32,000 bases of DNA from Planctomycetales bacterium (lineage in GTDB: Bacteria; 4484-113; JAFGCY01), in assembly GCA_022646745.1 (NCBI GenBank), contig CP060262.1, positions 450,001-482,000 on the forward strand, in the 5' to 3' direction. This document shows, in pieces, positions 8,199 to 15,552 of this stretch. The position numbers and the translations under genes are program-made. The notes under the pieces are model-generated. The model had not been told where the DNA came from. It saw nothing but the letters and a program-made list of their open reading frames with translations, and made no database searches. Positions within the stretch are counted from its first letter, which is position 1. Every line of letters begins with the position of its first letter.

Positions 8199-8618
8199 TC
8201 ATTGCTGTCCTCCCTCAGTCTGCCTATTCCCGCTGGAGCGGCTGGCGCTGCCCGACAGGTCCTGGTCCGGCAGCTCACCGGTGGTGATTGTGGTCACGTT
8301 CACCTTTGGCTTGCCGTCTCCATCCTCCACCACACGCAGCTCCGTCAGTTCAGTCAGCTGGTGCAGGTCAGCGTGCTTCTCTATTATCCGTCCAAGCTCG
8401 GCCAGCGACTTCTCATCAGCACCGAACTGCACTGCATTGTTCAAAAGCTCGATGCGGTCCTTCATCAGCTCGCGGTAGATCTCCATCGCGCGCCGCTTGT
8501 CCAGCCGGTTGCCGAGGTGCTTGAACAGGTCCGTGATGCCGAAGAACACGCCCAGCACGGCCACCACGCCCCAGAAGCTGGTGAGGATGGTCTGGATGAT
8601 GGGCACGCTTTCAGGCAC
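8199..8618 (-). CDS. paralog 4 (most divergent) of the tandem TM-helical family
   Basis: TM helix 'IIQTILTSFWGVVAVLGVFFGI', followed by 'RRAMEIYRELMKDRIELLNNAVQFGADEKSLAELGRIIEK'. It lacks the basic C-terminal tail of the others. Confidence 0.6.
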   Translation of the reverse strand: MPESVPIIQTILTSFWGVVAVLGVFFGITDLFKHLGNRLDKRRAMEIYRELMKDRIELLNNAVQFGADEKSLAELGRIIEKHADLHQLTELTELRVVEDGDGKPKVNVTTITTGELPDQDLSGSASRSSGNRQTEGGQQ

Positions 8619-8630
8619 GATCAGAGATTA

Positions 8631-9014
8631 TCACGCATCCCGCTCACGGCGGCGCGGCCTGCGTTTGATCCGCGTCAATTCAGTGTCGATGTCCATGCTA
8701 TCGACCTCATGGCTGGCTTCTGGCACGCCGGGCTGCTTCTTGCCCAGCAGCTTTGACATCTCTCGCCGGCCGATCAGGCGTTCCAGCCGCTCATCAAGCA
8801 TGTCGATCTCATCCTCGTCGCGTCCCATCGCCACGGCGGTCTTGATCACATCGAGCTTCTCGCGCACGATGCGCTCATACATCGCGCGTGCCTCCTGGCG
8901 CTCGCGGCGCTGGAAGTAGCCACCGATGTTGCTGCTCAGGATCGCGATGATCGGGATCATCAGCGCCGTCAGCGGAATAAGCAGCCAGGAATCCCTGGCA
9001 AGTATCTCTATCAT
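8631..9014 (-). CDS. paralog 3 of the tandem TM-helical family
   Basis: TM helix 'WLLIPLTALMIPIIAIL', followed by 'EARAMYERIVREKLDVIKTAVAMGRDEDEIDMLDERLERLIGRRE' and the basic tail 'KRRPRRRERDA'. Confidence 0.7.
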   Translation of the reverse strand: MIEILARDSWLLIPLTALMIPIIAILSSNIGGYFQRRERQEARAMYERIVREKLDVIKTAVAMGRDEDEIDMLDERLERLIGRREMSKLLGKKQPGVPEASHEVDSMDIDTELTRIKRRPRRRERDA

Positions 9015-9052
9015 TTCCTCAACCTGTGCCGGCCACCTGTGGTGGCGTTAAT

Positions 9053-9388
9053 CTAAATCTCGGCTTCGCGCCTGCGGTGCCGGCGGATCACGCGCTGTAG
9101 ATCGTACGCCAGATCGCCGCCCTCTTCAAGTGCCGTTTCCATTCCGCTGAAGCGTTCACGGCCGATCAGCCGCATCAGGCGGGAGTCCAGCCGCCCGAGA
9201 TCCTCCTCGTTGTAGCCAGCATCAATCGCACTGCGCAGGATCTCGAGCTTCTCGAGGATGATGCGCTCCTGGCTCTCGCGCTCGGCGCGGCGCAGGGATA
9301 TCTCGCTGTTGCGGAAATAGACCTTATAGAACGTGATGCTTGATGTCAGTATCAGCGTCAGGAACAAAAGCACTTCACCTTCATGCAT
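9053..9388 (-). CDS. paralog 2 of the tandem TM-helical family
   Basis: TM helix 'VLLFLTLILTSSITFY', followed by 'ERIILEKLEILRSAIDAGYNEEDLGRLDSRLMRLIGRER' and the basic tail 'RRHRRREAEI'. Confidence 0.7.
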   Translation of the reverse strand: MHEGEVLLFLTLILTSSITFYKVYFRNSEISLRRAERESQERIILEKLEILRSAIDAGYNEEDLGRLDSRLMRLIGRERFSGMETALEEGGDLAYDLQRVIRRHRRREAEI

Positions 9389-9417
9389 TGCAGAATCCCT
9401 CCGGGCCCTGTGGACGA

Positions 9418-9816
9418 TTACATCTCGGAACGTTCAATCTGACGCTTTAGTTCGCGTTCCTGTTTCCGCCGGCGGCGCTCAATGATGTCCTCCACCTCAT
9501 CCTCGAGGATGTCCATTTCGCGGTCCTCCGGGGCCACGGGCACATTCTTAATATTTGATCCGGCAAGCTTGAGCATCTCCTGCTGGCCGATCAGGTTCTG
9601 CAGGCGGCGGTCCAGGCGGGCCACTTCGCGGTCGTCGAAACCCGCTTCCAGCGCGGTCTGGATCACCAGCAGGCGGTCCTGCACGATCTGCGAATACATA
9701 TCCCGCGCCTCACGGCGCTCCTTCATGGCCATCACGCGCAGGTAGACGATGGTGCCGGGGATGCTGAGCATCATCAATGTGCCGCCGAGAATTCCGAGTA
9801 CTGCTTCGATATCCAT
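9418..9816 (-). CDS. paralog 1 of the tandem TM-helical family
   Basis: TM helix 'VLGILGGTLMMLSIPGTIVYL', followed by 'EARDMYSQIVQDRLLVIQTALEAGFDDREVARLDRRLQNLIGQQE' and the basic tail 'RRRRKQERELKR'. Confidence 0.7.
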   Translation of the reverse strand: MDIEAVLGILGGTLMMLSIPGTIVYLRVMAMKERREARDMYSQIVQDRLLVIQTALEAGFDDREVARLDRRLQNLIGQQEMLKLAGSNIKNVPVAPEDREMDILEDEVEDIIERRRRKQERELKRQIERSEM

Positions 9817-9869
9817 AATTGCTCCCTGCCGATCTGAAATGAACGGGCTTATCCCTGTCCCCCAGGAGC

Positions 9870-9898
9870 ATATTACAACGATTATTGAGTTTATGCAA
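9870..9898 (-). promoter_or_regulatory. candidate sigma70-like promoter for the five-paralog array
   Basis: On the minus strand: TTGCAT (9898-9893), a 17-nt spacer, then TAATAT (9875-9870). It sits in the AT-rich intergenic stretch upstream of the 9816 start. Whether the sigma70 consensus applies in this lineage is unknown. Confidence 0.3.
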
Positions 9899-9962
9899 GT
9901 ACTTTCTTAATAATTCGAATGTCAAACTTCATATTTTTCAATTTATCAGGCTAATCAACCAT

Positions 9963-11183
9963 TTACTTTTCAATTTTAATACTATTGCGGTCCACACTGA
10001 CCGTGAACTCAAGTGCGCTCTTCTCACCTTCCCGGTCATCCCGTGCGTTGTAGGGCACGATGCGGTAGGTCCAGCGCTGCGGGCGGTCATTGCGCATCAC
10101 GTCATCATCCATGTAGCGGTATTCAGTGCGGCGGATCGGGTTCCACTCCTTCGGGCGGTGGATGCTCATCGGCATGATCGGGTAGCTGCGGTGCGGCAGC
10201 AGCACCTCGCGGTTGCGCGGCTCCTCGGCCTTGCGCCGGTAGATCCGGTAGCCGCTGAGCAGGTTGCCGTAGTTCTGGTCCATCAGCCAGATGTCCTTGT
10301 AGTTCACCTCGCCGTCGCGATTGCCGTCCGGGTGCCAGTCCCAGTCGTCCTCGCGGCCATCGGTGGAGACGTAGCCATAGCGCCGGCCGACGGGCACCAT
10401 GTCGCAGATGTTGACCTCGCCGTCATTGTTGAGGTCGCCGACGTTGCGCTCCTCCCACCACAGCACGAGGCAGTCACAGTCCGGGTCTGGGTAGACCGTG
10501 AATTCCTCGATGATGTTGTGCGTGCCGCTCGGGGCGTTGTCCAGCCAGTGCGGCTTCTGGTCGGCGGGCCGCTCGTTGAACCAGAACTCCGCGAACACTC
10601 CCTCGGTGAACTTGATGCCGCCGTTCACATCGGGGCGGATGCGGGTCATTCCCGCCGTGACGACGCCCGGCAGGTCCTGGCGCTCGTACCACAGGCGGTC
10701 GCCCTCCTTGCCGAACAGGCTGCCGGGTTCGATGCGCTCGGGGTCCCAGCGCTCCTGGTGGTAGCGCACGTAGACCAGCAGGTCGTAAAGCTCCGGGGCA
10801 TCCAGCAGCGTGACGACCAGGTGGTAGTCGCCATCGTCAAGGTCACGCCCGGTCAGCACGATGTTGTCATTGAGCACGGTGGTGGGCTGGCCGAAGTCAT
10901 CCAGCACCCAGAGCGTGAAGCCATCGAGGTGCTTGCCAAGCGAGGTGTCCCATTCGTAGAAGCTCGGCTTGTTGAGTTCCTCGAGCGTGGGCGGCACTTC
11001 AAAGTTGCCTTCCTTCTCGGGGTAGCGCGAAACGAAGCGCCCGACCGGGTGGATCGGGTAACCCACGCTGAACGGTGGCGCGCCCCAGGCCAGGGTGTAC
11101 AGCGCAATCGCCAGCACGACCGTGCCGGCAATCCGCCATGCCCCATGGATCCTGCGCCTCACGCCCACAATGTTATCAGTCAC
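9963..11183 (-). CDS. secreted or membrane-anchored protein with a dockerin-like double EF-hand repeat and a C-terminal FN3-like domain
   Basis: Signal or anchor sequence 'RRRIHGAWRIAGTVVLAIALYTLAWG'. Two dockerin-type repeats, 'DLNNDGEVNICDMVPVGRRYG' and 'DGNRDGEVNYKDIWLMDQNYG' (nt ~10266-10439). FN3-like C-terminus: 'GYRIYRR...WTYRIVPYNARDDREGEKS'. The annotated start is GTG; a second in-frame GTG 7 codons downstream is also possible. Confidence 0.7.
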   Translation of the reverse strand: MTDNIVGVRRRIHGAWRIAGTVVLAIALYTLAWGAPPFSVGYPIHPVGRFVSRYPEKEGNFEVPPTLEELNKPSFYEWDTSLGKHLDGFTLWVLDDFGQPTTVLNDNIVLTGRDLDDGDYHLVVTLLDAPELYDLLVYVRYHQERWDPERIEPGSLFGKEGDRLWYERQDLPGVVTAGMTRIRPDVNGGIKFTEGVFAEFWFNERPADQKPHWLDNAPSGTHNIIEEFTVYPDPDCDCLVLWWEERNVGDLNNDGEVNICDMVPVGRRYGYVSTDGREDDWDWHPDGNRDGEVNYKDIWLMDQNYGNLLSGYRIYRRKAEEPRNREVLLPHRSYPIMPMSIHRPKEWNPIRRTEYRYMDDDVMRNDRPQRWTYRIVPYNARDDREGEKSALEFTVSVDRNSIKIEK

Positions 11184-11216
11184 CGCCAGCAGGACGCGGC
11201 GGCGTGGCGAATGTTC

Positions 11217-11474
11217 TCAGTTCGCCGGCCTGTCCCCGATGATTTCCCCTGGAGGCGCGGTGTCATGCACCGCCTGAGCACTGCGCATGTTGCCGCCGAG
11301 AGTGCGGAACTGCGGGATGATCACGTAATTGAGTAATGCAAGGATGATTGCCAGCGCCACCAGCATGTTGATGATGCCCTCGAGGCTGAGGGAGGCAAGG
11401 AGTGAAGCGGCAACCCGGTCGCCGAAGCCGTGACGATCATGGCGGTAAGCGCCCGAGCGATTCCCATCAAACAT
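11217..11474 (-). CDS. small single-TM membrane protein (85 aa)
   Basis: I chose the ATG at 11474, preceded by AAGGGGGAAG. TM helix 'IINMLVALAIILALLNYVII'. It ends 34 nt upstream of the dockerin-like gene on the same strand. Confidence 0.4.
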   Translation of the reverse strand: MFDGNRSGAYRHDRHGFGDRVAASLLASLSLEGIINMLVALAIILALLNYVIIPQFRTLGGNMRSAQAVHDTAPPGEIIGDRPAN

Positions 11475-11658
11475 ACTTCCCCCTTCGCGGGAGCGCATGG
11501 AAACGGGGAATGGAAGAGTTCCCGATCGTTCCCGCAAAGTTGTCTACAGCGTTGGCATCACGGGCATCTGCTACCCGGGCTGCCTTGACGATGAAGACGA
11601 TTATGGAGTTAGTTGGTTACATCCATTGGATATGGAGAAGGAGGAGAGCACTGAGAAA

Positions 11659-11687
11659 TTAACCACAGAGACACAGAGAGCGCAGAG
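11659..11687. repeat. left arm of split inverted repeat 'D' (TTAACCACAGAGACACAGAGAGCGCAGAG)
   Basis: The reverse complement of 12251..12281 reads TTAACCACAGAGAGCACAGAGGACACAGAGG. The outer 13 nt are identical and the remainder is similar, with a 1-nt indel. The arm is built from CAGAG units. Confidence 0.75.
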
Positions 11688-11703
11688 TTTTTGAAGACAT
11701 CCA

Positions 11704-12249
11704 TTAGCGACGGTTTTGACGATAACCCAGTGAGATCCTCCTCCCGCCCTCAATCCTGAAATGCTCGCCTTCATGGAACCATGACGTCCGGTTGAAGGAA
11801 TTCCACCGCAGCAGGAATCCCGAACAAAGGAAGCGCCATGTCAACATCTCATCATTGAACTCGCGGCTCTGTTCCCTGAGTTCACCGTAGATCTGGATTT
11901 CCAGCTCCTTTCGAGCTGTAATTCTTGATGCCAGTTGCTTCACCTCGTAAAGTGATCCTGACGATATGACCCTGCGGGGAAGTTGACGTTCTTCTTTGCC
12001 ATTGTCAATCAAGCCTGCATCCAACTCAAAGCTCTCTTCCGCCACATTGCAGAATGTGATGCAGGATCTTCCCAGTTCCATTGGTGCATCATATGGATTT
12101 GATGGGTGCTCAGCCGACATATTCGGCCCATCCGTGGTTGCAAACGACGCATTGCCGTTTCTTCTGACAACAGGCCCACAGAACACATCGTGAAAATCAA
12201 AAAGTCGGAGCTCCTTATTCGTGGAATAGTTCCATTCCCGGACTTTCAT
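11704..12249 (-). CDS. orphan hypothetical protein (181 aa) bracketed by inverted repeat D
   Basis: Uninterrupted ORF with visibly lower G+C (~50% in two sampled 60-nt lines) than the flanks. I recognise no family motif. The ATG at 12249 lies 2 nt from the right arm. Confidence 0.5.
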   Translation of the reverse strand: MKVREWNYSTNKELRLFDFHDVFCGPVVRRNGNASFATTDGPNMSAEHPSNPYDAPMELGRSCITFCNVAEESFELDAGLIDNGKEERQLPRRVISSGSLYEVKQLASRITARKELEIQIYGELREQSREFNDEMLTWRFLCSGFLLRWNSFNRTSWFHEGEHFRIEGGRRISLGYRQNRR

Positions 12250-12250
12250 T

Positions 12251-12281
12251 CCTCTGTGTCCTCTGTGCTCTCTGTGGTTAA
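12251..12281. repeat. right arm of split inverted repeat 'D' (CCTCTGTGTCCTCTGTGCTCTCTGTGGTTAA)
   Basis: See the left arm. This arm overlaps the mtaB stop codon (TAA at 12278-12280). Confidence 0.75.
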
Positions 12282-13738
12282 ACGCTCTGCGCCTTCTTCT
12301 CTCTCACCGGCTCAGCCGAGAACACCCCGTCGCGCAGGTTCGTCAGCTTAAGCTCGACGATGTTGCCAGCTTCTATGCCCTCCTGCACTGGCAGCTGCAC
12401 CACCTGGTAGGCTTCGCCATGGCCGATCAGCATGCCGTCACGCTCCTCCTCGACCAGCACCTGCGAGCTGCGGCCGACGAAGCGTTGCCACTGCTGCTCG
12501 CCGAGCATCGCGCAGTGTGCGATCAGGCGGCGGTTGCGCTCCTGCACGACTTCGCGCGGCAGCTGCGGCAGGCGGCCGGCGCGGGTGCCGGGGCGCGGGG
12601 AATAGGGGAAGCCGTGGATGCGCTCAAAGCGCATATCTGTGCAGAAGTCGAGGGTCTCGGCAAACTGCTCATCCGTCTCCGTCGGGAAGCCGACAAGGAT
12701 GTCCGTTGTCAGCGAACCATGCGGGATCGCCTCGCGGATGCGTGTTGCCACGTTGCGGTAGGTCGCAGTGTCGTACAGTCGACGCATCTCGGTCAGCACT
12801 CCGTCGCTGCCGCTCTGCAGCGGCAGGTGAACGTGCGGGGCCATGCGCGGGTGCTGGAGCTGCCCGTAGAACCGGTCGTCAATGTCCTCCGGCTCGATGG
12901 AGGAGATCCGCAGGCGGGTGCCCTGCGGCAGGCGCCCGAGGATGGCATCGACCAGGTCTGACAGGTCAGGGTGGCCGGGGGTGCGTTCGTAGAGCTTGCC
13001 CATCCGCCAGTGCTTGTCACTGGCAATGTTCTCAATCGTGTCAACCGGGGTCATGCCGTAGTGGCCGATGTTCACGCCGGTCAGCACGATCTCGCGTACG
13101 CCGCCGGCGATGTTGCCATCCACCTGCGCGATGATCTCGTCGAAGGGCAGCGAGGCGTAGGGCCGCACGAAGGGGATGATGCAGAAGGTGCACATGTTGT
13201 GGCAGCCGTCCTGCACCTTGATGAAGGCGCGGCTGCGCCCGAGCCCGACGATGCCGGTGTTGTCAAGGGCGGCAGTGTCAATCGCCTGGCTGCTTTCGTA
13301 GCGGGCCTCGCTGGCCAGCGCATCCGTGCGGCGGGCATTGCCTTCGAGCACCTCGTCCAGGTAGGCGAAGGCCTGCGGATAGAAGTCGAACACCTCGGCC
13401 CCGGCATCACGGTACTGGTCGGAAACAGTGTGGTTGCGCGCGGCGCAGCCTGTGAACAGCACGGAGCTCTGCGGGTGCTCGCGCTTGATGCGGCGCACGA
13501 ACTGGGCGGCCTTGCGCTCGGCCTCCTTTGTGACGCAGCAGGAATTGACGAACACCACCGGCCGCTCGAGCTCATCGCTGCTGGGCAGCTCACTGCCCGT
13601 CAGCTCCAGCGGCTGGTAGCCGTATTTCTTCAGCACATCGGCGAAGGCCACGCTCTCTGAGTAGTTGACCTTGCAGCCGAATGTCTTAATGAACACCGGT
13701 TTCACGGGGGAAATAGTAACATGGCAGACTTCAGACAA
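12278..13738 (-). CDS. mtaB: tRNA methylthiotransferase, MiaB/RimO superfamily, MtaB-like (radical SAM plus TRAM domain)
   Basis: N-terminal 'IKTFGCKVNYSES' (MtaB-type UPF0004 motif), radical-SAM 'VQDGCHNMCTFCIIP', and a C-terminal TRAM-like domain. The 13738 start is a TTG inside repeat C; the in-frame GTG at 13705 is an alternative. Confidence 0.85.
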   Translation of the reverse strand: MSEVCHVTISPVKPVFIKTFGCKVNYSESVAFADVLKKYGYQPLELTGSELPSSDELERPVVFVNSCCVTKEAERKAAQFVRRIKREHPQSSVLFTGCAARNHTVSDQYRDAGAEVFDFYPQAFAYLDEVLEGNARRTDALASEARYESSQAIDTAALDNTGIVGLGRSRAFIKVQDGCHNMCTFCIIPFVRPYASLPFDEIIAQVDGNIAGGVREIVLTGVNIGHYGMTPVDTIENIASDKHWRMGKLYERTPGHPDLSDLVDAILGRLPQGTRLRISSIEPEDIDDRFYGQLQHPRMAPHVHLPLQSGSDGVLTEMRRLYDTATYRNVATRIREAIPHGSLTTDILVGFPTETDEQFAETLDFCTDMRFERIHGFPYSPRPGTRAGRLPQLPREVVQERNRRLIAHCAMLGEQQWQRFVGRSSQVLVEEERDGMLIGHGEAYQVVQLPVQEGIEAGNIVELKLTNLRDGVFSAEPVREKKAQSV

Positions 13739-13828
13739 AAGACGTCAGACTCCAGACTTGCTGGAAGTCACGTATCTGCACACAAGTTGCCGCCCGATGA
13801 TCTGTAGTCTGAAATCTGAAATCTGGAC
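13725..13828. repeat. heptad-armed hairpin repeat 'C'
   Basis: Left arm: CAGACTT CAGACAA AAGACGT CAGACTC CAGACTT. Loop of ~45 nt. Right arm: ATCTGTA GTCTGAA ATCTGAA ATCTGGA. The pentamer cores are complementary. It fills the whole mtaB/membrane-gene spacer. Confidence 0.7.
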
Positions 13829-13829
13829 A

Positions 13830-14648
13830 CTACTGAGGCTGGTCCCACTGGCGGCGGTTGCGCTTCTCCGCCATGCGCATCAGGAAGAGCCCCGGCGCGA
13901 TGACATAGCCAAGGCGCAGCTGCACCTCAGTCAGCCAGAAGCCTGCCTGCGCCTTGAAGCAGTAGCGCGCCAGCCAGGCGGTGTAGAGCAGGCAGTACAC
14001 GGAGTAGTACCAGGGCAGGTCGGACTGGCGCAGTGTGCTGCGGGCAATCACAAGCGTCCAGTAATAGAGCAGCATCGCCACCGGCACTGCCAGCAGCACG
14101 ATACCTACCCGCTTGTAGAAGATGTTGTGCACCCAGGCATTCGGGAACTGGTCGAGCCGCGTGGCAATCAGCATCTGCAGCTCACGCTTGAGCGCCAGTT
14201 CCTCATCCTCATCCTTCGGCGTGTAATGCGCCACCAGGCCATGGGCTTCGAGGAACTCGTCCACCTCCGGGCTGCTGCCGGCGATGGCCTTGTCAATTAC
14301 GTCCATCAGCTGGCCACTGCCAAGCCGGTTGCGCCAGAGCGCACGCTGGATACCGATGGCAAACAGCGCGAGAGTGGACAGCACGCCGGAGAAGTAGAAT
14401 GCCAGGTACAGCGGCCACATCGGGCTCAGGGCAATCTCCTCCTCGATGACAAGCTGGCTGAAGTCCTCACCGGTGTCATAGGCCGTGGCCGAGATCATCA
14501 TCCATGGCCCGAGCATATAAAGCATCATCAGCAGGCCAAACAGGCCGATGATGTACCACCAGACCCAGAACCGCTTTGTCTCTGAGTAGCTGTGCCAGGC
14601 GTACATGGCAACGAGTTCCTCCTCGGGAATCGCCATCAGGCTGTCCAT
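13830..14648 (-). CDS. hypothetical multi-pass membrane protein
   Basis: 272-aa ORF with host-like composition and several hydrophobic helices (e.g. 'FWVWWYIIGLFGLLMMLYMLGPWMMI', 'LYLAFYFSGVLSTLALFAIGI', 'VGIVLLAVPVAMLLYYWTLVI'). No recognised family. Confidence 0.6.
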   Translation of the reverse strand: MDSLMAIPEEELVAMYAWHSYSETKRFWVWWYIIGLFGLLMMLYMLGPWMMISATAYDTGEDFSQLVIEEEIALSPMWPLYLAFYFSGVLSTLALFAIGIQRALWRNRLGSGQLMDVIDKAIAGSSPEVDEFLEAHGLVAHYTPKDEDEELALKRELQMLIATRLDQFPNAWVHNIFYKRVGIVLLAVPVAMLLYYWTLVIARSTLRQSDLPWYYSVYCLLYTAWLARYCFKAQAGFWLTEVQLRLGYVIAPGLFLMRMAEKRNRRQWDQPQ

Positions 14649-14728
14649 GTATTCACCGCGGTCGCGCAGGGTGGCACCTCAGAAGTGAGTGGTCAGTAAA
14701 CAGTATAGGAGAGTGCGGGAAACAGGGA

Positions 14729-14802
14729 GCAGCGAGCTGGGAGCAGAAAGCAGACGTGGCATGCCTCAGCAGCGAGTCTGCTCTCTGCTTTCAGCTTTCT
14801 GC
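14729..14802. repeat. heptad-armed hairpin repeat 'E' (27-bp stem, 20-nt loop)
   Basis: GCAGCGA GCTGGGA GCAGAAA GCAGAC pairs with GTCTGCT CTCTGCT TTCAGCT TTCTGC. Hand pairing gives 22 Watson-Crick pairs, 3 G-T wobbles and 2 mismatches. It lies in the divergent spacer between the 14648 start and the azlC start. Confidence 0.75.
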
Positions 14803-14829
14803 CAGCTATTCCTGTGCTACATTGCGGCG

Positions 14830-15552
14830 ATGCCGGAGCAGACCCCCGCCACAGCACGCAGCGCCTTCCTCGAGGGAGCGCGCGAGATATCCGTGCTGGT
14901 GCCGGGGATCTTTCCCTTCGGGATGGTGGCGGGTATATCCGCGATGCAGGCCGGGCTGACGCCGCTGCAGGCCTTCGGCGGCTCGCTGTTCATCTTCGCA
15001 GGGGCGTCGCAGCTGGTGGCCTATGAACTGATCGGCAATGCTGCCCCGGTGCTGCTCATCGTGCTGGCCGCGCTGACGGTCAACCTGCGCTTCCTGCTGT
15101 ACTCCACCGCACTGGCGCCGCTGATGGCTCCCTTGCCGCTCAGGCTGCGTGCGCTGTGTGCCTACATCATGACGGACCAGGCCTACGCCTTCGGCTACCG
15201 GCGCTGGACGGAACACCCGGAGCGGCCCTTCCCGCAGGCCTACTACATGGGGGCCGCGCTGCCGCTTTTGGCAACCTGGCTGAGCTCAACCGTGGCCGGG
15301 ATCCTGCTTGGCAGCGGGGTGCCGGATGAATGGGGCCTGCAGTTCGCAGTTCCGCTGTGCTTCATCGCGATCCTCGTGCCGGCGGTGAAGGACCGCGCCA
15401 CTCTGGCGGCGGCACTGGTCGGCGGTAGCGTTGCCATCATGCTCGGCGGCCTGCCCTGGAAGCTGTCGCTGCTGATCGGCGCGCTGTGCGGGATCATGGC
15501 CGGGGTGCTGCTGTCAGCGCGTCCGACGGCGAAGGAGCCTGGCAATGCCTGA
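14830..15552 (+). CDS. azlC: AzlC family branched-chain amino-acid transport protein
   Basis: 'FLEGAREISVLVPGIFPFGMVAGISAMQAGL...SLFIFAGASQLVAYEL' is the AzlC signature. I chose the ATG at 14830 because the longer 14689 start runs through repeat E. Confidence 0.85.
   Translation: MPEQTPATARSAFLEGAREISVLVPGIFPFGMVAGISAMQAGLTPLQAFGGSLFIFAGASQLVAYELIGNAAPVLLIVLAALTVNLRFLLYSTALAPLMAPLPLRLRALCAYIMTDQAYAFGYRRWTEHPERPFPQAYYMGAALPLLATWLSSTVAGILLGSGVPDEWGLQFAVPLCFIAILVPAVKDRATLAAALVGGSVAIMLGGLPWKLSLLIGALCGIMAGVLLSARPTAKEPGNA

Noticed and set aside
7775-9816. Possible identity of the five paralogs with PspB (phage-shock protein B), given the single TM plus short helical cytoplasmic domain.
   Set aside because: Only the overall layout is similar. 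I cannot align the conserved 'EKLDVIKTAVAMG...LD.RLE.LIG' block to PspB from memory, so the call would be unsupported.
12277-12283. GTTAAAC at the right end of repeat D matches the integron core-site consensus GTTRRRY, which raised the idea that the hairpin repeats are attC sites or gene cassettes.
   Set aside because: The opposite arm has no RYYYAAC inverse core (it reads AATTAAC). No L'/L'' bulge architecture is evident, and no intI-like integrase is present in the window. The 7-mer match is expected by chance.
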